Source: an uncultured Bacteroides sp. (GTDB lineage Bacteria; Bacillota; Clostridia; Christensenellales; CAG-917). Taken from it: a stretch of DNA of 57,607 nucleotides. Shown here in pieces: positions 11,701-20,700 of the stretch. The notes beneath the pieces are model-generated. The model was not told where the DNA came from and did no database searches. It was given only the letters and a program-made list of their open reading frames with translations. Location: the NCBI GenBank assembly GCA_964624745.1, contig CAZUZK010000003.1, positions 1-57,607 on the forward strand, in the 5' to 3' direction. A program made the translations under genes and the position numbers. Numbering within the stretch: the first letter of the stretch is position 1; the number at the start of each line of letters is the position of its first letter.

Positions 11701-14700
11701 TCACTGCTCTCAAGAGAGTACGTTCCGCTAGTCACGCTGTCCAACGGAAGCTTTATGGTCTTTGCGGTGACCGCCGAAAGACTCTTATCGGTGGTGATGT
11801 TGTTTTTGCCGTTTGCAACCTCTATGTACTTGCCGTCAAAGGGATAGCCGAGATTTGAAAGCGCGCTTACGCCGAGCAAATCTATGCCGTCCTTGACAAC
11901 GTACGGGCTCGATTGACTGCCTGCCTCGTGCGCGTCCTCCTCGTATTCGCCGTAGATGTTCTTGCCGAACACCTTTGAGCGCATACTCAAGCCGTTGTAG
12001 GTGTCAACCGCAAACACCGAAAGCTGTGGTAAACAGCCGTAAACGTATACGTAGCCTGCGGCGGTGCCGTTTTCGTACGCGGCATCGTCGTTTAGTGCCT
12101 GCACGCTTGCGCTCCACAGCGAAACCGCCGTGCCTGCCGTGTTTACGGACGTCGGGCGCAACGTTCCGTTTGACGTCATAACCGCTGTCAAATCCGCAAC
12201 GGTCGCAAGGGACGTGCCGGCGCGTATCTTGCCGGAATCGCCGTTTTCCGTGGTATTCCAGCCCGTGTAGTATTTGATTTTTTTACTTACGTAGTTTTGG
12301 ATATTATTAGCCACGCCGTAACAATTTTCGACGTAAACCTTATCCCCCATATCTGCGCTGTCTATAAAACCTACGATATCGGCGGAGAATTTACCCTCGG
12401 AATCGTTTGCTTCGAGGATTTGTACGTAACCTGCGTTGTAGCTGTTTTTAATATCTACGTCTATGGTTATATTACTGCTGTCCGTCGCTACCTCGCCGAC
12501 GATACCGCCCTGACGAGTCTGCCAAGAGAACAAATCGCCGACGCCGCCGTAGCCCTTAACCGTGCCGAGATTGTAGCAATAATTGATGTCAACATTGACC
12601 GCCACGCCTACAAGACCGCCTACGTCCGTTCCGTTGAAGTTGACATAGCTCAAGCCTATCATTATCATACCGTAGCCGAAGCCGGTTGAGGCGTCGTACA
12701 TACCGACGGAAACGGTGCCGGTGTTGTAGCTGTAATAGATTTTAGAGGGGTTGTAGGTGATTGTTTGGTGCGGTTTTTTACCGTCGGCAAGACCGCCGAG
12801 AATGCCGACAAGACCGCCTGCGATACTGCCGTAGCCGCGCACGTCGCCGGTGTTGTAGCTGCTCCGTATCACGGCATACGCATATTCGTTGACGCTTCCT
12901 ACAAGTCCGCCTACTCTCGACCAAACGTTACCTGCCTTCTTCGTGTTATCACTGCTGTTGAAGGGGTTAAGCTCGTTAGCCTCGATATAGCCTGTATTCG
13001 CACTGCTTTCTATCGTAAGCGCGGTTGTCGAGGAGGACGTACCCGACACGCTTCCTATAAGACCACCGACGTTTGCCTTGCCTATGACGTCGCCTGTGTT
13101 AAGGCAGCTGTCTATGGTGATGGAGCTTGTTGCATATGCGACAAGACCGCCCGTGCCGTACGTAAACATCTTCGGATAACCGATGTTTTGTCCCGTTTCC
13201 TTTATCCACTGCGAGCCTTCAAGCGACGTGATATTGCCCTTGTTGACGCACGCCGTCATGGAAATCGTCGCAGAGGACGTGCTGTAGCCTGCGATACCTG
13301 CGATGACGCTGTAGCCCGTTATATTGGTTGCGCTGACGCAGTTGTTGAAGGTGAGCCTGCCGAACGGTTTTCCCACAAAGCCTGCAAGGTGCGAGCCTGC
13401 GTTGTAATAAATCTTGTTGTTCGTCGTCGTTCCGGCAGAATTGTCATAGGTGTTGATAACGCCTGCAATCGTCAAATTCTTGAATGTCGCGCTTTGAGCA
13501 TTGGGGAAAACGCTTATTCTGTTTGCAACGACTGCGGTGGTTTCGCCGACGCTTATCGTGATAGTCTTACCGTTGCCGTCGAATATACCCTTGAAAGAGG
13601 GCGTAACCTTGTTGATTCCCGTGTAATCCACGCCAGAAACGGTGACGTTTGCCATGCTCTCCGCGCCTTGCGCGATGTTGCCTGCAAAGTTGTAGCCGAG
13701 GTTGGAGGTGGCGTTTTTCGTATCGCTCGACGAGGCGTTAGGCGTGGTTTCACTCGCGAAATTGTGTCCGTTGTGAGAAGCGGAATAATAAACTCTGATA
13801 TTCTCCGCAAGGAGCTTGATGTATTGACCGTTAAAATCGTTTTGTCCCGTATAAATAAGCCAGGCAAATTCGTCCCATTCAGCTTGCGTGCTTATGGTTA
13901 TCGGCGTATCGGCAGAGCTTCCTGCGGTAAACGTTTTATTATACGAACCGATGAGATAGCCGTCTTTATTCGCAGTTTGCGTCGCGCTTCCGACAAGCAC
14001 AAGCGCTCCGTTCCAGTCATAGTAGATATTGGCTTGTATCAAGGACACGGCGTTGTTCGGACCGTTGTATTCCGCTTTGGTTACCTGCGGAACGTACAAG
14101 CTCGTGGCGTTTGACGGATGACGGTAGGATTCCTCCGCGTTTGCCTCGCCCGACGTTTGCGAGCCTGTCGTATACGCTTTAACGTTTACGAATTTTATAT
14201 CCGTCGCATACGCCAGCATACTGTCTGCGTCTAGAGCAAGCGTGATAGTCACCGTGTTGTTATGCGAATTGAATCCGAGCATTCCGCTGTCAACCGTGTT
14301 TGTCGTCACCGCATCGTTGCCGTCGGCGGCGTAAAACACGAGCTGTTGGTTGTTGCCCGGCACGTTTAGTTTGAAGCAAAGCTTGCCTTGAATGGAATCT
14401 TGTGACGAATCCGTTTTAAGAGAGGTTGCAAGCGCAAGCTCCTCGTAGGTCAAATTCACGTCGCAAGCGTCGTCCACTGCAACGTAGCTGCCTCTGTCGT
14501 TTTTGCTTATATCCGAATAATCCGAACCGCTTTGAGCAACGTATATCGTCCAGCTGTTTTCAATGGTCGGGTTTACGCCGTAGCCAAGCACGCCGCCCCT
14601 AGTATCCGAGGTGGTCGAAAAATCGAAACCGGTGGAAATGCTGTCGAAGATCTCGCCGTTATGCGTATATCCGACAAGACCGCCCACGTAGTTTGTGCCG

Positions 14701-17700
14701 ACATAGCGTGACGTTGAAGAGGTGACGGTTTGGTTGGTAAGCGAAATACTGCCACTTATCGTACCCGACTCCATACGTCCGACAAGACCACCGACGTACT
14801 CGGTTGTGCCCACTACCCTTGCGTTGTTGACGACAAAGGACATCGTGTGCTTCTCGGTTGCCAGATAACCTGCGATACCGCCGACGTATTTCGCGCCCGA
14901 AATCGTAACGTCGTTATTATCGTCGCAAGAACCGTTGAAGACGGAAAGATTTGCGTACGCCGTAAGCGAATTCGACTGATTGTTTTTCAATGCCAAACGC
15001 ACGCTCGCGCCGGCGTAACCGATTATACCGCCGACGTACTCGTTGCTTGCGTTCACGTTCGCCAAATTGAGCGTTTTGCCGAAGGGCGAAGACACGTTTG
15101 CGGTGCTTTCAAGGTTTGCAATACCCAAAACGCGTGAATACGTCGTTGACGAATTTTGTCCGTATATCAGATAATTGTACAGCATAAAGTCGGTTGACGA
15201 CACGCCGTAGCTCTTCGGAGAGGACACGATACCTGCGCCGCCGATAATACCGCCGACCATATTCGCCGCGTATATTTGCGCACTGTTTTTCAGGGTAATT
15301 GCATTGAGGAAAATAGTACCGGTAGCAACCGAATACGTGCCTGCGCTCGCCGCGACGTAGCCGACGATACCGCCAACGAAATTGCCGAGTCTCTTGGTTG
15401 ACGAACCTAATTGCACGGTGTTTTGAATTGTCTTTGCGCCGCCTGCCACATAGCTTCCGTCCGTCGTCTGCGTTGCGCTTTCTATGGTTGCATTCTCGCC
15501 GAGCATACCCACTATCGAGCCAACGATGTTGGTTGCGTCTGCAAACGTCATGGTGATTTGCTCGCCGCTGTTCCAATCGGTGTTGAACAGCAACGCGGCG
15601 CCGCTCATAAAGCCGACAAGACCGCCCACGACGTTTCCGCTACCGCTTATTTGCAGGCTTGCGCTTACAAGCGGAATTTCCTCGCCGTTGACCGTCGCGC
15701 TCTTTATAACTATATAACTGTTGTTTGTCTGATTCTTTTCTTTATAATATCCGCCGCCCTGGAAGACTCCGTACAGCACGCCTGCATAGCTTACGCCCTT
15801 AACGGTCATATACGACGTTCCGTTTGTATAGGTCGGCGCGATTGTCAATGACGAGCAGCTCGAAGCGTCCAGCCAACCGACAAGACCGCCCACGTATTTG
15901 CCCGTACTCTCGATAACGAGATTTGTTTGCGCATATCCGAGCGCCTGTGCCTTGCCGTTATCATCGCCGTTGTGCTGTGAAGCGTTCGATATACGCCATT
16001 TGCCTGCAATACCGCCAACGTAATCGACGCCCGAAACGTTTGCCTGCATCATAGCGGTGGAAAGGTCCACAAAGCCCTCGTTGCCCGTTCGCGTGTATTT
16101 GATTGTTGTAGCGTTGCCCTCTCCGATTATACCGCCGACGTAATTGTTGCCGGATATGGAATTTGCGCCGTTTGTAATCACTCTAAACGCGCAGTTTTCT
16201 ATCGTGACGCTTGTCGCATAGCCGACGATACCGCCCACGTAATTGTGTCCGTGTACGCCGCTCGCCGTGGTGGCGACGTTAATATTGTATATGCGCGTGC
16301 CGACGATATATCCGAACAGGCCGACGTAATCGGTGCTTGCATTGTCGTAGGAATAGGTTATCATAAACACGTTGTCGTCGCTACTGCCGAAGCTCGTCGC
16401 CATAAAGCTAGAGCCTGATTTTCCGATAGGCTCGAAGCCCTTTGTCTTGCTTGTGCCTTGCGACGGGGCAACGATGTCCGCGTCTATTCTGAAATAGCAA
16501 CCGTAATAGCTTCTGCCCGACGCATACGCCGTGCTTTGCGGAGCCAGCGAAAGAGTACCTTTTATAGAGTTGATTGCCTTACCGCCGTTGACAATAAGGC
16601 TCAACTGCAACAGCTGTTCGGGGTATTTTATAACGTACGGATTGGTTTTAGAACCCCAATTCGCAGAAGTGATATTTCCGCCGAAGTCGCTGTCAAGAAC
16701 GGTATAATATCTCTTCAACGAGCCTTTGAGGTTGCCCTTTGCCGCGGCATTTACGCTTGTTTTGGCGACGTGCTCGCTACCGGCGCCGATTATCGTTGCA
16801 GAGTTATTCCCCCACGTCAAATCGTACTCGTCGCCAAGGTCGAGAGCCACAACATTATTGTTGTTGAATCTCACGTAAAGGACAAAATTGTCCTTGTTAT
16901 ACGCCGTCGTCTGATATACGAGCACGTTGGGCTGTTCGCCCTCGCTCGACTGAAGCTGATAGTATCCGCTCGAAAACACCGACGTATCGAGAGTCTGGTT
17001 GCCCACGAGCATATTCGGTCCTGCGCCGAACCATACCGCGCCTGCTTTTGTTATATCGAACCGTTCAATCGTGAAGCTTGTCGTCTGACTTCCCGTGTAG
17101 TTGCCCTTGCCGCTCACCGTAAACGAATGCGTGCCGGCAGACGTCGCCGCCGAAACGTTGTCCGTATATTCGGTGTTCTTTTGCAGAGTATACCACACCG
17201 AGCCGCCGCTTATCCATTCCACCTTATAAGTTGGCGTCTGGCTTGTCGCGTTATACTCGTGCGAGCTTGTGACGGTGATTCTAAACTCGGACGCGTTTGA
17301 AATATTCTTCGGGTTTATCGTAAAAGTGAATATCTTTGTTCCCTTATAGTTGCCTTTGCCGTCGATAATCACCTTTGCGGTGTTTACGCCTGCGTTGACG
17401 TTGTTTTCGTATCTGAAATCAAATTCCGTTCCCTTGACGAGAGCATAGCTCTTCGACGTCCAATTTATGGTAGGCTCGGGCTTCTGCTCGGCGCGGTTGT
17501 AGATATACGTCGCACCCTTGAAATCCGCCGTGAAATCGCTGTCGTTGACGTTCTTCTGCTCGATTGTGAAATTGAAGGTTTTTGAATCCTTATAATTGCC
17601 CTTGCCTGTAATCGTGACGCTTGCGGTGCCTGCGTTGACGTTGTTAGCCCAGCTATACGTAAAATCGGTGCTTTCTACAAGCGTGACGTCTTGCGCCGTC

Positions 17701-20700
17701 CATTTGATAGCGGGCTTCGGCGTTTGCGCAACGCGGTTGTATACGTACGTTTGAGAGAACGTTGCCGTAAACGCGCTGTCGTTCACCGTTTTTTGCGAAA
17801 TCGTATACGTCAACGTTTCCTTTCTTCCGACAAGCACGCCGTTTATGTACAGCTTGACTTCGGTAGAATAACTGCCTACGTTCGCATTTATCGTCGGCGT
17901 TGTAAACGTTGCGGTGTATACGACGGGGCTTTCGTTGTTCAAATCGGAGCCGGGTTGAGCGAGGAAGGAAATATCCCACGTCTCCCCCTTCGTGTTGTAT
18001 ATTTTGCCGGTGCCGGCGGTGGTTTGAGTTATGTCTTGAGTGCCGACGTACACGTCGCTAGCCGTCGTTGCGGAATAATCCGCGGTGACCGAAGTCGGAC
18101 TCGGCGTGCCCTGCGAGCTTATGCGCGTTGGCTGTAAATACTTGCCGTTTTCGCCCTTTCTCGACACGAAATACTTGTTCGTTCCGATTGTCGCGACCAC
18201 CTCGACGCCGTTTATGTTATTGTCGGTTATGTTTTCCCACGTCTTCGTGCTATAAGAACTTCCGCTTATGACTATCGGCACGACCGAGCTTATCGTGCTA
18301 TCCTTTGAAAACACTCTGCCCAAGCCGCTGTCCGATGCGTTTGCCGAATCGCACGAATAAGTGACGGCGGTTTTGTATATCTGCCAAGAATTGCTTATCG
18401 TTCCGCCCTGCGCGGCGATTGCGCCTATTCTCGCGTCGCTGTAACGATAATTGATTGCGCCGCTCACACTGTAGCAATAATCAACCGTCGCCGTCGTCGA
18501 GCCGACGATACCGCCCAGATAATCGTTGCCGTCAACCGTGCTTTCAATGCTTGCGCAGTAGGTTACGTTCGCCTGCGCATAGCCGACGATACCGCCCACG
18601 TAATTTGCGTTGTCAAAATACTCTCCGCTGCTGTTCGTCGCGCTTACGTTGCCCTTGTTGTAGCAGTTTGAAACCGTGCAAGTCGTTGACGTGTAGCCGA
18701 CGATACCGCCGACAAACGTACCCGTAGGCGTTGCGCTTGCTTCGCCCGAGCCGAGCTGGTGTGCGATTGTGCCTTTTACGTTGCCCGTGTTGTGGCTCTT
18801 TTTTATGGGAGCTTGGCTTCTTCCGACTATGCCGCCCACGTCGCAACCGCCGATAACGTCGGCAGTGTTGCTTGCATTGCGAAGCTCTTTATCCGTAAAG
18901 CCGAAACAGCCGCCCACCGACGAGCCTTGCGGCGCGGTTATCGTTCCGCTATTCGAGAACGTGCCGTAATTTGAAGACGTATCGCACAGCAGACTATGCA
19001 CTTCTCCGCCGATACCGCCCGTCATGCCTCCGCCGACAATGCTCGCGCTGTTCGTCATCGTGCCGTAAAGCCGCGTGCCGCGCTCTGCAAAGCCGACTAT
19101 ACCGCCGACACAATCCGCGCCGCACACCGTCGCGCTGTTCTCGCAAGAAATCAGGGTGCTAGAGCCGTTTGAGGAACCGACGATACCGCCGACGTTTTTC
19201 GCCGTCAGCAGTTCAAATTCCGAAAACTGCATGCCCGCCGTCGCGCCGTCTACAACCGCCGCATAAGAGATGACGTACACCCAATAGTATTTGTAAGTAG
19301 CCGTTCCGTTGAGCGAAAACGACTTTCTGTAATATGACTGTTGCGGAATGTCCAAGCTTGCATTTGAATAAATCTCTTCCCAGTCGCCGTCGGACGGTAC
19401 GTTGCCTGCATTACCGCTGCCTTTATAGCTTGTAGTTTGATTGTTTGTGTTGGAGCCGTAAATTTTCACTCCCTGCGGTCTTCGGTATTTACTGCCGTCC
19501 TTATGGTCGTCGTCGCCCGTAATAAACGCAAAACCGCTGACAATCGTCTTCGGATCCGTCAGTTCGACAATAAAGCTAGCGGTATTTTTATCCGTGTAAA
19601 ACTTTGTGCCGCTGTTTCCGTCGTTTATATTGGCAAAGCCCTCATCGCTTTCCGGCTCGTGACCGTCGTACTGAACAATGCTGTAGCCGTTTGAGCTTCC
19701 GCTTAATTTTCCGCCTATACCTATAACGCCGCTGACGCTACAATTATTTATCGTCGCGTTTTTTGAATAACCGACAATGCCGCCCGTATACGTTCGCCCC
19801 TCGACGCTTGCGCCGTCAAGCTTTATATTCTCAATCGTTCCGTCCTCGATATGCCCGAATAAGCCTGCGTAATCTCCGCCTCTGACGTTGAGATTTTTGA
19901 TTTGCTTATCATTTCCGTCAACGTTGCCCTTAAAGGCGTTCGACCCGTTCCCGATCGGCGTAAACGCCGCGCTTGTCATATTGATAAAATCGTTTTGGCT
20001 GTTGCTCTTATCGGGCGAAACCTCAAAATATTGTCCTGCAAAATCCACGCCGCTATTTGTAAAATGCGATACGATGTCGAAATCCGTTCTGTTTTTCAGT
20101 TGATACTTGCTCGTTTCCGAGCCGTCTCCGGAAAGAACGTCAATCGAGTTGATTTGTACCGTATAAACAATATTGCTGTTCGCCGTACCCGAAGCGTTCC
20201 TGCCGAAAACAAACGTGATGTGTTGAGCCGAGCTAGGCGCAATTTCAAAATATACCGTAGCCGAACTGCTGCTGCTAGCTACCGTTCCTTTCTTTTCGAC
20301 AACGGTATTTGCATCCGAAACCGTGCCTCCCCAATGATTGGCGTCGTTGCTGTCGTCCTCGCTGTCATTTGCTTTATAGGTAATACTGCTCGCGCTTTTA
20401 CCCTCGTATGCGGCTACACCCATAATCGTGTTTTTTGCGCCATCCGAATTTGATGCGACAGTCAACGTATAGTTTACAACAATGTATTTTTTTGTCGTGG
20501 AGCTGGTATTTGTAAAGGAATAATCGAACGCCGCCACAAAGGACGCCTTCGTTTCCGAGCTTTGCGTATATGTCAAAGTCCGCGTGTTATATGTATATTC
20601 TAATGTGCCGTCCGCTTCGTTCCATGACGATGACAATGTTTTTTTCTTGGTGTGATACTTCCACGTTGCGGTCTTATCTGCGGACGCTAAGCTAACCTCG

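Noticed and set aside
2985-20453. Many long + strand ORFs antisense to the giant gene, for example 3939-5138 (399 aa), 6267-7310 (347 aa), 12765-14114 (449 aa) and 16458-17300 (280 aa).
   Set aside because: They lie wholly inside an uninterrupted 18-kb minus-strand frame with strong domain signal. Their translations are low-complexity (R/C/V/A-rich or P/T/S-rich) and have no SDs. They are explained by the stop-poor antisense of Gly/Val/Asn/Thr-rich codons.
20487-20645. Two A7 (coding-strand) homopolymer tracts near the 5' end of the giant gene (20487-20493 and 20639-20645), considered as possible slipped-strand phase-variation switches.
   Set aside because: Seven residues is shorter than tracts usually associated with phase variation. 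They simply encode Lys-Lys(-Lys), and similar tracts occur in ordinary genes here.
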